Assembly (NCBI GenBank): GCA_040222015.1 | Contig: JAVJWO010000178.1 | Coordinates: 64,001-128,000 of the forward strand | Length of the DNA: 64,000 bases | Origin: Coleofasciculus chthonoplastes F2-STO-03 | GTDB lineage: Bacteria > Cyanobacteriota > Cyanobacteriia > Cyanobacteriales > Coleofasciculaceae | Reading direction: 5' to 3' | In this document: piece by piece, positions 19,852-28,812 of the stretch | Position numbering within the stretch: position 1 is the stretch's first letter | Layout: each line of letters begins with the position of its first letter | The notes under the pieces: model-generated | Seen by the model: only the letters and a program-made list of their open reading frames with translations | Told to the model about the DNA's origin: nothing | Database searches by the model: none | Translations under genes and position numbers: made by a program

Positions 19852-20874
19852 ATGGCTGCTGCCGTTTTAATCGAGAACCTAAAAAAATACTACGGGGATG
19901 TCGAAGCCGTGAAGGACATCTCCCTGAACGTCGAACCGGGTGAGATTTTTGGCTTACTTGGTCCGAATGGGGCGGGGAAAACCACAACGATTCGCTGTCT
20001 GTGTACCTTAAGTAAACCAGACGCGGGTAAGATTGAGGTATCGGGAATTTCTGCGATCGCGAATCCTAGAGCCGTCCGCCGTCGCATCGGTTATGTCGCC
20101 CAGGAAGTGGCATTAGACAAAGTGTTGACAGGGCGCGAGTTACTGCAACTACAAGCGGATTTATATCACCTACCCAGCAACGTTGGCAAAGAGCGGGTCA
20201 ATACCATGATAGAGGTGTTGGGCTTGCAGGACTATGCCGATAAAAAGACGGGAACCTACTCCGGCGGAATCCGCAAGCGCCTGGATTTAGCCTCCGGCTT
20301 ACTCCACAAACCCGATGTTTTAGTTCTGGATGAACCCACCGTGGGACTTGATATCGAGAGTCGGGTGGTAGTGTGGAATTTCCTGCGTCAATTGCAAAAC
20401 GCTGGCACGACCATATTTATTACCAGCCACTATTTGGAAGAAGTAGATATTCTAGCCGATCGCGTGGCAATTATCGACAAAGGCGTGGTCATTGCCGAAG
20501 GTACGCCCTCTCAGTTAAAGGATAACGTGGGTGGCGATCGCATAACTCTCCGCATCCGGGAATTCTCGCCCATGGAAGAAGCCCAAAATGCTAAGGAAAA
20601 GCTGGAGGTGTTACCCTTTGTCCAAGAAGTGATTATTAATACGGCGCAAGGAAATTCCCTCAACTTGGTTGTCAAACCCCAAAGTGACGCATTAACCAAC
20701 ATTCAGCAATCCTTAAAAGACGCCGGATTACCCATCTTTGGCATTGCCCAATCTCGACCTAGTTTAGATGATGTCTACTTAGCCGCCACCGGTCAAACCT
20801 TAATGGATGCTGAACTCGCGGCGGCGGGAACACGAGATGTGAAAGCGGAGAAAAAGCAACGGATGAAGGAATGA
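19852..20874 (+). CDS. ABC exporter ATP-binding protein (DrrA-like)
   Basis: GPNGAGKT, YSGG, LDEPT, TSH. Confidence 0.95.
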   Translation: MAAAVLIENLKKYYGDVEAVKDISLNVEPGEIFGLLGPNGAGKTTTIRCLCTLSKPDAGKIEVSGISAIANPRAVRRRIGYVAQEVALDKVLTGRELLQLQADLYHLPSNVGKERVNTMIEVLGLQDYADKKTGTYSGGIRKRLDLASGLLHKPDVLVLDEPTVGLDIESRVVVWNFLRQLQNAGTTIFITSHYLEEVDILADRVAIIDKGVVIAEGTPSQLKDNVGGDRITLRIREFSPMEEAQNAKEKLEVLPFVQEVIINTAQGNSLNLVVKPQSDALTNIQQSLKDAGLPIFGIAQSRPSLDDVYLAATGQTLMDAELAAAGTRDVKAEKKQRMKE

Positions 20875-20879
20875 TGAGA

Positions 20880-21115
20880 GAGCAGGGGGAGCTGGGGGAG
20901 CTGGGGGAGCTGGGGAACACCTCGACTTACCTCGACTTCGCTCGGTAACACGCTCGGTGTGTCAGATAGGGGAGATTATGTAGGGGCGGGTTTCACTACT
21001 ATCGTTTGAAATGGTGCGTTACGCTACGCTAACGCACCCTACACCCGCCCCGACTGTACATAAGGCGAATGACCAATGACCAATGACCAATGACAAATGA
21101 CCAATAACAAATAAC
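20880..21115. repeat. Composite repeat cluster (9-mer GGGGGAGCT tandem, SDR-like units, GTAG-REP, STRR)
   Basis: GCTGGGGGA x3, CTCGACTTCGCTCG, GTAGGGGCGGGTTT...ACCCGCCCC with a nested GGTGCGTTA...TAACGCACC, then (AATGACC)n. Confidence 0.8.
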
Positions 21116-21118
21116 ATT

Positions 21119-22012
21119 ATGAGTGGAACTGTAACACCATCAAAACCGGAAATTAATTGGCAACCTGACGTAGTAAGTCAAGTCCCCATCAGCGATAAAG
21201 CGGGTGTGGGTGAATTTGTCCAAGAAACATTGGCACTTACTAAGCGCCTGTTTATCCAACTAAAACGACGCCCATCTACCTTAATTGCTGGCGTGATTCA
21301 GCCGTTGATGTGGCTGATTCTGTTTGGGGCGTTATTTCAAAATGCGCCAAAAGGACTCTTCGGTGAAAGCTTATCATACGCCCAATTCTTGAGTGCTGGC
21401 GTAATTGTATTTACCGCCTTCGCTGGTGCGCTCAATGCTGGCTTACCGGTGATGTTTGACCGGGAATTTGGCTTTCTGAATCGTTTACTTGTTGCACCTT
21501 TGGCGTCTCGCTTCTCCATTGTTGCTGCATCCGCTATCTATATCGTCGCCCTCAGCTTTATCCAAGCCGTGGTGATTGTCGCCGCCAGTGCAGTGATGGG
21601 TGCGGGTGTTCCCAATATAGCTGGACTGGGTGCGATCGCGCTGATTGTTTTCTTGCTGGTAATCGGGATGACAGCATTAAGTTTAGGACTCGCTTTTGTG
21701 CTTCCGGGTCATATTGAACTAATTGCTGTCATTTTTGTCACCAACTTACCGCTACTATTTGCCAGCACTGCCCTAGCGCCGCTATCCTTTATGCCAAAAT
21801 GGTTACAGCTTGTCGCCAGTCTCAATCCCTTGAGTTATGCGATTGAACCAATTCGCTATCTCTACCTCCATGGAGATTGGTCTTTAGGTAGTGTTGTCAT
21901 GGAAGCACCTTGGGCTTCAATTACATTTGGTGGGGCTATTTTAGTCCTGTTTGCCTTTGCCGCCGCCGCGTTAGTTCTGATTAGTCCATTGCTACGGCGT
22001 CGATTTGCCTAA
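21119..22012 (+). CDS. ABC-2 type transporter permease
   Basis: About 6 TM segments, DREFG, NPLSYAIE. Follows the ATPase gene. Confidence 0.93.
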   Translation: MSGTVTPSKPEINWQPDVVSQVPISDKAGVGEFVQETLALTKRLFIQLKRRPSTLIAGVIQPLMWLILFGALFQNAPKGLFGESLSYAQFLSAGVIVFTAFAGALNAGLPVMFDREFGFLNRLLVAPLASRFSIVAASAIYIVALSFIQAVVIVAASAVMGAGVPNIAGLGAIALIVFLLVIGMTALSLGLAFVLPGHIELIAVIFVTNLPLLFASTALAPLSFMPKWLQLVASLNPLSYAIEPIRYLYLHGDWSLGSVVMEAPWASITFGGAILVLFAFAAAALVLISPLLRRRFA

Positions 22013-22026
22013 TGGCATTAAAACTT

Positions 22027-22150
22027 GTAGGGTGGGCATTGCCCACCCACTTTAATAGGACTTACGCAAAGGCTCGATATGTAGGGTGCGTTAGCGAAGC
22101 GTAACGCACCGCAAGCCACCATCTGTGGTGTAGCTGCGTAAGTCCTGTTT
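22027..22150. repeat. REP-like GTAG hairpin cluster
   Basis: GTAGGGTGGGCATTGCCCACCC (also at 1628) and GTAGGGTGCGTTAGCGAAGCGTAACGCACC inside an AGGACTTACGCA...TGCGTAAGTCCT inverted repeat. Confidence 0.8.
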
Positions 22151-22195
22151 AATTGAAATGTTAAACATACGTTTTCTAGAGGAATTAGCAGCATC

Positions 22196-25100
22196 GTGGA
22201 ACTTTGGACAGCGCTAGGCGTTTCTATCCTCAACGACTTACTTTTAAAAGACATCCTCCTGAAACTGGGGAAAGAAGCATTAGAAGACTATGTAAAAGAT
22301 TTTTTCAAAGACTGCATTAAAACCGGGGTACAATCTGCCCAACCCGATATCCTGAAAAAAGCCCTCGGTGAGGCTTTACAGCAATTTCTCAAACTCATCG
22401 AATATGAATTACTCTTCTATGTAACCGAAGCCGAAGTTCGAGACAACTATCAAATAGTAATTGAACGGTTTATCAAAGACGATGACGTTAAACCCCTGTT
22501 AGGAAAAGCCTTTGAAAAAGATTGTCGCGCCATCGACGCCAATCAATTAAGTACAATTTGGGTGCAGCGCTATTCACCTGATATGCCAACTGGGTTTAAC
22601 TGGGAGGAGATTACCAAACCCTATCTCAAAGAAGTTAAAAGCATTGTCCGCAATTCGCCAGAGTTAAAAGAACTGTTAAAATTAGAGATTCTGGAATCCA
22701 TTGAACAACAGGTTCGAGACAATGCCAAAATTAATCCTGATTTTAATATCACTAAATATCAAGAAGGCTTACGGGAACGCTACAGCAACTTAAACCTATC
22801 CAGTTTAGATACAACAGGCTGCGCCTATAACCAACTGAAACTCTGGCGACTCTTCATCCCGCAAAATGTGCGACAAGTTCATCAGGGATTACCCCAAGTC
22901 TATGAACTCCCCAAAGAACATCAACGGCGACTGCGAGAGAGTCATCTACTTGACGCGGATGTGTCTCTGGAAGAGTTAACCGAATATAAACAGGTTTATT
23001 CTCAACAGCCAATCCGCCCCATCAATGAAATTATTAACGATAAAGATAACTATCCCTATCTGGTGATTCTCGGTGATCCGGGTTCTGGCAAGTCTACCTT
23101 GTTGCAATATTTGGCATTAGATTGGGCAAATTCTACACCGAATGATGCCAATTTTCATCCGATTCCCCTGCTGATTGAATTACGCACCTATATGCGAAAT
23201 CGCGACGCGGGACAATGTAAGAATTTCCTGGAATTTTTCCATGATAGCAGTGGAATTGTCTGTCATCTGAATCAGCATCAACTGGTGGAACAGTTACAAG
23301 CCGGAAATGCTTTAGTCATGTTTGATGGCTTGGATGAGGTATTTGATCCGGGAAAACGGGAGGATGTGATTACCGATATTCATTGCTTCACTAATGACTA
23401 TCCTGATGTGCGGGTAATTGTCACCTCTCGCGTGATTGGCTATAAACCGCAGCGGTTACGAGATGCCCAATTTTATCATTTTATGCTGCAAGATTTAGAG
23501 GCAGATCAGATTCAGGAGTTTATTACCCGTTGGCATGATTTAACCTTTACCGATAAAGTAGATAAACAGAGGAAGTGGGAACGACTCCAACGGGCAATTG
23601 ATACCTCAAAAGCGATTCGCGAACTGGCTGGAAATCCGCTGCTATTGACAATGATGGCAATATTAAATCGCAATCAGGAATTACCCAGAGATAGACCCGA
23701 ATTATACAACCAAGCGTCGCGGGTATTGCTGCATCAATGGGATGTGGAACGGGCGTTAGTCGAACATCAGCAGTTAGAGATTCAAACGATTGATTATAAA
23801 GATAAGCAGGCGATGTTGCGTCAGGTGGCTTATCAGATGCAAGCAGCAGAGAAAGGTTTAGCGGGTAATCTGATTGCGGCGGATGAGTTAGAAAGAATTT
23901 TGACGGATTATCTGAAAACGCTAGATATCACTAATTCCAGGGCGGTGGCTAGGGTGATGATTAAGCAACTGCGGGAACGGAATTTTATCTTATGTTTCAT
24001 GGGGGCAGATTATTATGCCTTTGTGCATCGGACATTTTTGGAGTATTTTTGTGCTTGGGAATATGTTTGGCAGTTTGAGAAGGAACGAACAATTTCTCTG
24101 GAGGGGTTGAAAAGCGAGGTTTTTGGCAAGCATTGGCAGGATGAGTCTTGGCATGAAGTGTTACGGCTGATTGTGGGGATGATTGAGCCAAAGCTGGCTG
24201 GGGAGATTATAGATTATTTGATGAATCAGTCGGGGGAAGCGGAAAAGTTTATTAATGTGTTTCTAGCGGCGGATTGCCTGTCTGAGGCGAGGAATCGTTC
24301 GGTTATCATATCGACAGCGAATCAATTACTGAACCAGATTAAGGGGTTAATTCAGTATGACTTACCTTACCATTATGAATTTTATGAAGAGGAAGCAACG
24401 TTAGTTCGGGAAATTCGCACTCAAGCGGTTGCGGCAATTGCGACAACCTGGCATGATTCTCCAGACACCTTACCTTGGCTGAAACAAAAAGCTCAATTTG
24501 ATAACGATTCTGCTGTGCGACAAGCAGCGATGCAAGAATTAGCCAGAGGATGGAAAGATGACCCCGACACCTTACCTATCCTCAAACAAAAAGCCCAATC
24601 TGATGACCATCCGGCTGTGCGAAGTGCAGCGGTGGAAGAAATAGCCAAAGGCTGGAAAGATGACCCAGATACCTTACCTTGGCTGAAACAAAAAGCCCAA
24701 TCTGATGACAATAGGTTTGTGCGACGTGCAGCGGTACAAGAATTAGCCAAAGGCTGGAAAGATGACCCAGACACCTTACCTTGGTTGAAACAAAAAGCTC
24801 AATTTGATGACGATGAGGATGTGCGATATGCAGCGGTGGAAGAAATAGCCAAAGGCTGGAAAGATGACCCAGATACCTTACCTATACTCAAACAAAAAGC
24901 CCAATCTGATGACAATTGGGCTGTGCGAAGTGCAGCGGTGGAAGAATTAGCCAAAGGCTGGAAAGATGACCCAGATACCTTACCTTGGCTGAAACAAAAA
25001 GCCCAATCTGATGACCATTGGGATGTGCGACGTGCAGCGGTGCAAGAATTAGCCAAAGGCTGGAAGGATGAGCCATGGCTATTTGAATTATTACGCGATC

Positions 25101-25300
25101 GCGCTCTCAATGATCCCTTTGTGCGCGAGGAAGACTGGCAAGACAATCCTCGGCAATTAGCTATTGAAATCATTATCAAACAATATCCTGATCATCCCCA
25201 GACTCTACCCTTACTGCGCGACAGAGACGAAAATGATCCTGATGAAAAAGTTAGAGAGTTTGCCCAGAAAAAATTGGCACAATTAAAGTTAAGTCTGTAG
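22196..25300 (+). CDS. NACHT NTPase with C-terminal HEAT (PBS-lyase-like) repeats
   Basis: Walker A GDPGSGKST, Walker B FDGLDEV, VTSR, GNPLLL, FVHRTFLEYF, and six 34-aa WKDDPDTLP repeats. Confidence 0.93.
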   Translation: MELWTALGVSILNDLLLKDILLKLGKEALEDYVKDFFKDCIKTGVQSAQPDILKKALGEALQQFLKLIEYELLFYVTEAEVRDNYQIVIERFIKDDDVKPLLGKAFEKDCRAIDANQLSTIWVQRYSPDMPTGFNWEEITKPYLKEVKSIVRNSPELKELLKLEILESIEQQVRDNAKINPDFNITKYQEGLRERYSNLNLSSLDTTGCAYNQLKLWRLFIPQNVRQVHQGLPQVYELPKEHQRRLRESHLLDADVSLEELTEYKQVYSQQPIRPINEIINDKDNYPYLVILGDPGSGKSTLLQYLALDWANSTPNDANFHPIPLLIELRTYMRNRDAGQCKNFLEFFHDSSGIVCHLNQHQLVEQLQAGNALVMFDGLDEVFDPGKREDVITDIHCFTNDYPDVRVIVTSRVIGYKPQRLRDAQFYHFMLQDLEADQIQEFITRWHDLTFTDKVDKQRKWERLQRAIDTSKAIRELAGNPLLLTMMAILNRNQELPRDRPELYNQASRVLLHQWDVERALVEHQQLEIQTIDYKDKQAMLRQVAYQMQAAEKGLAGNLIAADELERILTDYLKTLDITNSRAVARVMIKQLRERNFILCFMGADYYAFVHRTFLEYFCAWEYVWQFEKERTISLEGLKSEVFGKHWQDESWHEVLRLIVGMIEPKLAGEIIDYLMNQSGEAEKFINVFLAADCLSEARNRSVIISTANQLLNQIKGLIQYDLPYHYEFYEEEATLVREIRTQAVAAIATTWHDSPDTLPWLKQKAQFDNDSAVRQAAMQELARGWKDDPDTLPILKQKAQSDDHPAVRSAAVEEIAKGWKDDPDTLPWLKQKAQSDDNRFVRRAAVQELAKGWKDDPDTLPWLKQKAQFDDDEDVRYAAVEEIAKGWKDDPDTLPILKQKAQSDDNWAVRSAAVEELAKGWKDDPDTLPWLKQKAQSDDHWDVRRAAVQELAKGWKDEPWLFELLRDRALNDPFVREEDWQDNPRQLAIEIIIKQYPDHPQTLPLLRDRDENDPDEKVREFAQKKLAQLKLSL
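24449..25060 (+). repeat. Six tandem 102-bp coding repeats (HEAT)
   Basis: Near-identical units of TGGAAAGATGACCCAGATACCTTACCT.... Confidence 0.92.
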
Positions 25301-25377
25301 GGGCGGGTTTCACGACTATGTTTTGGGTTGCAAAGGTGCGTTAGCGAAGCGTAACGCACCCTACACCCGCCCCGACT
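25297..25377. repeat. Composite REP (near-copy of 20980-21055)
   Basis: GTAGGGGCGGGTTTCAC...GGTGCGTTA...TAACGCACCCTACACCCGCCCCGACT. Its GTAG supplies the NACHT stop codon. Confidence 0.8.
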
Positions 25378-25661
25378 CAGGTGTCTAGACTTCCTGTTAA
25401 AAGAAAGGGCGATCCGATAAAATTAAATTGACACAGTTGTCAATTTGTGCAAGCGGGTCGCCCCTACCGGGAATTAAAAGGGCGATCGCTCTCGAAACGT
25501 GTTAAGAAAGATGGGTAATGATAGCGATCGGGAAAAAATCCCAGATAAAAATAATTAGAGACGCTATAGTAGGGTCACGGCACTGCCGTGACCTTATCGG
25601 TAGAACTACCGTATCCTGATGGAAATCTAATTATAATTTCTAAATAAACAGGTTAATTGCC

Positions 25662-25870
25662 TTCAACAACCCCACGCTACTGACGTGGAGCATGGGGATT
25701 GCAAGACAAATTGCATTTTAAACCGTTGAATACCGCGTAGAGTCTCAGTTTGGTACAGACATCCGGATACTTCCCTAGTCCGGATTACCTCTAAAACCTT
25801 TTGTCGGGTTGTTGTTAAGTCAAGACATCTTAACTGAGATGGCGGGAAGGGACTACACACTCTTACTCGG
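25662..25870 (+). ncRNA. IsrB omegaRNA scaffold (the guide would be the upstream flank, ~25642-25661)
   Basis: Structured non-coding region directly upstream of a PLMP gene: TCAAC...CCCCA/TGGGG, TCCGGA...CCCTAGTCCGGA, TCTCAGTT/AACTGAGA, and GGGAAGGG pairing with CTTCCC. Confidence 0.8.
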
Positions 25871-27104
25871 AGGTTTATCACCATGTTGCGAGTACCAGTT
25901 TTATCGAAATCAGGTAAGCCATTAATGCCCACAAAACCTAGCCGTGCTAGACGTTGGCTTAAAGAAGGTAAAGCTAAAGTATTGTATAACTACTTAGAAT
26001 GTTTTGCTATTCAGCTAACATTTGAAACGGAAGAAAATACTCAGTCTGTAGCCGTGGGGATAGACCCTGGCAAGCGATATTCCGGGATTGGGGTTCAATC
26101 AAGTTTAGTTACCCTTTGGATGGGACACTTAGTTCTACCGTTCAAAACAGTCAAGGAACGGATGGAATTACGGCGAGTGATGCGTCGAGCAAGGCGGGGT
26201 AGACGAATTAACCGGAAGTTACCTTATTCTGAACGTTGCCATCGTCAAGCTCGGTTTGATAATCGCAAACAAGGTAAACTGCCGCCGTCAATTCGAGCTA
26301 ATAAACAGCTTGAGTTACGGGTAGTCAAAGAGTTGTTCAAGCTATTCCCAATTAGTGCCATCCATTATGAATTAGTTATGGCGGATGTAGACAAGACGTG
26401 CGGACGTAAATCGGCTCGGTCTGGCGTTGGCTTTTCTCCAGTCATGGTAGGTCAGAGACAAATGCTAACTTGGTTATCTGAGTTAGCCCCTATTATCACC
26501 CATAAAGGATGGCACAGGGATGGTAACGGAACCAGTCAACTTAGGCAATGGTTAGGATTAGCCAAAGACAAAAAGAACAAGGCTAATCAGACGCCTGCAA
26601 CTCATGCCGTTGACGGTGTAACCTTAGCCGCGTTCGAGTTCATCCAATGGCGTGAATGGCATTCCGATCATGCTAAACATGGTAGCTGGGTAGGTAATGT
26701 TCAAGTTACCCCCGCGCCGTTTGCGGTAATCCGTAGACCACCCGTTAGTCGTAGACAATTGCATCTATGTATTCCCTCTAAAGGTGGACTACGGCGTAAG
26801 TATGGCGGCACAGTCACCCGTCATGGGTTTAGAAAAGGTGACAAAGTTATAGCCGAAAAAGCTGGAAAAACTTACATCGGTTGGTGTTCTGGAGACACCG
26901 ATAAACTGGTTTCGGTTAGTGATATTAACTGGAAACGTTTAGGACAATTTAGTGTCAAAAAAGTCCAGTTGTTGCAGCGAAGCACGGGGTTAATTGTCGT
27001 GCCTGCAACTGGACCCTTCAAACCTCACCGCATCGAGCGGCGCGGTTTGACCTCTATCCCTCTCCACCCTGCTTCGCTGAGGGTGGAGTCTCACGAGAAA
27101 TACG
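25662..27104 (+). mobile_element. IS200/IS605-superfamily IsrB element (omegaRNA + isrB, no tnpA)
   Basis: Starts TTCAACAACCCCAC and ends with hairpin CTCCACCCT...AGGGTGGAG then ...GAGAAATACG|ATGAA. Confidence 0.85.
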
Positions 27105-27181
27105 ATGAAGATCAGCACCCTATTGACTCCGGCACTCACCTCAACCCTGTTCGCTTCCCTAGGGTTAGGAGTGGTTGTTAG
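25883..27181 (+). CDS. isrB: IsrB (RRXRR/PLMP RuvC nickase lacking HNH)
   Basis: GKPLMPTKPSRAR (PLMP), RuvC-I GIDPG, Arg-rich bridge helix RRVMRRARRGRR, RuvC-II HYELV, RuvC-III THAVDG. No HNH or CxxC domain. RBS GGAGG. Confidence 0.88.
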   Translation: MLRVPVLSKSGKPLMPTKPSRARRWLKEGKAKVLYNYLECFAIQLTFETEENTQSVAVGIDPGKRYSGIGVQSSLVTLWMGHLVLPFKTVKERMELRRVMRRARRGRRINRKLPYSERCHRQARFDNRKQGKLPPSIRANKQLELRVVKELFKLFPISAIHYELVMADVDKTCGRKSARSGVGFSPVMVGQRQMLTWLSELAPIITHKGWHRDGNGTSQLRQWLGLAKDKKNKANQTPATHAVDGVTLAAFEFIQWREWHSDHAKHGSWVGNVQVTPAPFAVIRRPPVSRRQLHLCIPSKGGLRRKYGGTVTRHGFRKGDKVIAEKAGKTYIGWCSGDTDKLVSVSDINWKRLGQFSVKKVQLLQRSTGLIVVPATGPFKPHRIERRGLTSIPLHPASLRVESHEKYDEDQHPIDSGTHLNPVRFPRVRSGC

Positions 27182-27494
27182 CATATCAGCCATTATCCCT
27201 GAATCCGCGATCGCACAAACCACTGAACGGGTGAATCCCCTAGAAGATCTCGATAGTCGCCAAAATGAGCGAGATTCACTCACGGGAACCCCGGGTAACG
27301 GTGGCTGGAATGTCTTTGATTTTATCCATCGCTCCCGTTTAGGAGTTGATTCGGAAGCATTTAACAGCGAACTCGATCAAAAGCTAGACAATGCGACAGA
27401 GGAGTTCCGGCGGCTACAACGGGAACGGTTAAGAAATCAACAGCAAGTTCAACCGAATTCCCCCTCTACTCCGGCTGGGGGAGGCATTAGATAA
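27105..27494 (+). CDS. Secreted hypothetical protein
   Basis: Signal peptide ending SAIAQ and a cyanobacterial-type FDFIHRSRLG motif. Confidence 0.75.
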   Translation: MKISTLLTPALTSTLFASLGLGVVVSISAIIPESAIAQTTERVNPLEDLDSRQNERDSLTGTPGNGGWNVFDFIHRSRLGVDSEAFNSELDQKLDNATEEFRRLQRERLRNQQQVQPNSPSTPAGGGIR

Positions 27495-27503
27495 GTGAAA
27501 CCA

Positions 27504-27524
27504 TTCCCAGGCAAAGCCTGGGAA
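27504..27524. terminator. Hairpin between convergent genes
   Basis: TTCCCAGGC-AAA-GCCTGGGAA. Confidence 0.55.
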
Positions 27525-27532
27525 CAAGGCGG

Positions 27533-27967
27533 CTAGCTCATGCTAGCTAGGATATCCTTAGCATGGGAATCGGTTTTCACCTTCTCATCAACATAGGTGA
27601 TCGTACCTTCACCATTAATCACATACGTGACGCGCTTGGAGTAACCGCCGCCTTCAACATCATAAGCTTTGGTAAGCGTGCCATCCGGATCAGCGAGCAA
27701 TTGGAAAGGCAACCCATACTTCTCCTTAAATTGCTTATGGGATGTCTCATCATCCATGCTCACACCGAGAACAACCATATCTTTGCCTTGATATTCAGCA
27801 TAGTTGTCCCGGAAGCTTTGGGCTTCCTTGGTGCAACCTGGAGTATCATCTTTGGGATAAAAATAGAGAACTACTGTTTTTCCCGCCAAGTCGGACAGGG
27901 AAACGGTATTCCCTGCATCATCTTTAGCAGTAAATGCCGGAGCTTTATCGCCAACGCTTAAAGCCAT
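27533..27967 (-). CDS. Peroxiredoxin (BCP/PrxQ family)
   Basis: VLYFYPKDDTPGCTKEA, GVSMD, RVTYVI. Confidence 0.93.
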   Translation of the reverse strand: MALSVGDKAPAFTAKDDAGNTVSLSDLAGKTVVLYFYPKDDTPGCTKEAQSFRDNYAEYQGKDMVVLGVSMDDETSHKQFKEKYGLPFQLLADPDGTLTKAYDVEGGGYSKRVTYVINGEGTITYVDEKVKTDSHAKDILASMS

Positions 27968-28340
27968 AAGTCTTTTTCCCTGTGTGTACTACTTAACTAT
28001 TCTTCATCCTACTACGGATAATCGGTGGATTCGATTGAAAAAGTTGGTGTGTAAGGGAAGGGAAGTTTGATGAGAAATTCCTTCAGGACTTACACACAAA
28101 CGCCATTTATGGTAGGGGCACGGCATTGCCGTGCCCCTACAGGTAGCGCATGTGCTCAGGTCGCCCTCTCCTTTGAGGTTAAGATAAAAAGAAGCGTGAC
28201 AGACATTTTATCAATTCACTGGCGAAGAATCCCAGCGCCAGATCAATGGTGTGGGGCTTCTCACGGATTAAGCTAATCCAGTTGCAGTCAACTACCCCAC
28301 CCATACACAACATGGAGGAGGTATCCAGCAGCGAATCACG

Positions 28341-28751
28341 ATGACATCCATTTCCTCTGAAAAAGCCCAAACGGTTCACTATCCAGAGCGCACCATTAAA
28401 CGCGCAGAACTTGCGTTGCGCTGTTTGCCCTTCCAGTTAACCTTGTATAAGAAGATGCGTTCAACCAGCGTTTCCCTACTCGCGATCGCGACGCAAAAAG
28501 GGATAGAACAGGGCTATACTAAAAGTCCCTTATCCGAGTTAGCCGCCCAACGTGATTTAATGTGGTTGATTCAAGTCGGTGTTTTGCGACGAGAAGTTGA
28601 TGGTCAAGGCATTACCGACAGTTTTCGTCTTACCCCCTTGGGTCGTCAACTGGTGGAAAAATGGGCAAGCCGAGGCGAGTCATTGCCCCCGCCATCCCTT
28701 TGGGATCGCATCGCTCACGCTTGGAACCGTTGGTTACGATTACCAATCTAA
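28341..28751 (+). CDS. Conserved cyanobacterial protein (Npun_F0494-like)
   Basis: LMWLIQVGVLRREVDGQGITDSFRLTPLGRQ, located upstream of cobQ. Confidence 0.8.
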   Translation: MTSISSEKAQTVHYPERTIKRAELALRCLPFQLTLYKKMRSTSVSLLAIATQKGIEQGYTKSPLSELAAQRDLMWLIQVGVLRREVDGQGITDSFRLTPLGRQLVEKWASRGESLPPPSLWDRIAHAWNRWLRLPI

Positions 28752-28812
28752 ATTCATAGTCTGAGGGTTGCTTCTATTCGTTCTGATTACCCGATAACTC
28801 TTAACCCGCTTT

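Noticed and set aside
25663..25932. 89-aa minus-strand ORF
   Set aside because: Antisense to the IsrB omegaRNA; the region is better explained as structured RNA.
25883..27181. IscB or Cas9 call for the PLMP protein
   Set aside because: No HNH or zinc-finger segment between RuvC-II and RuvC-III, so IsrB fits better.
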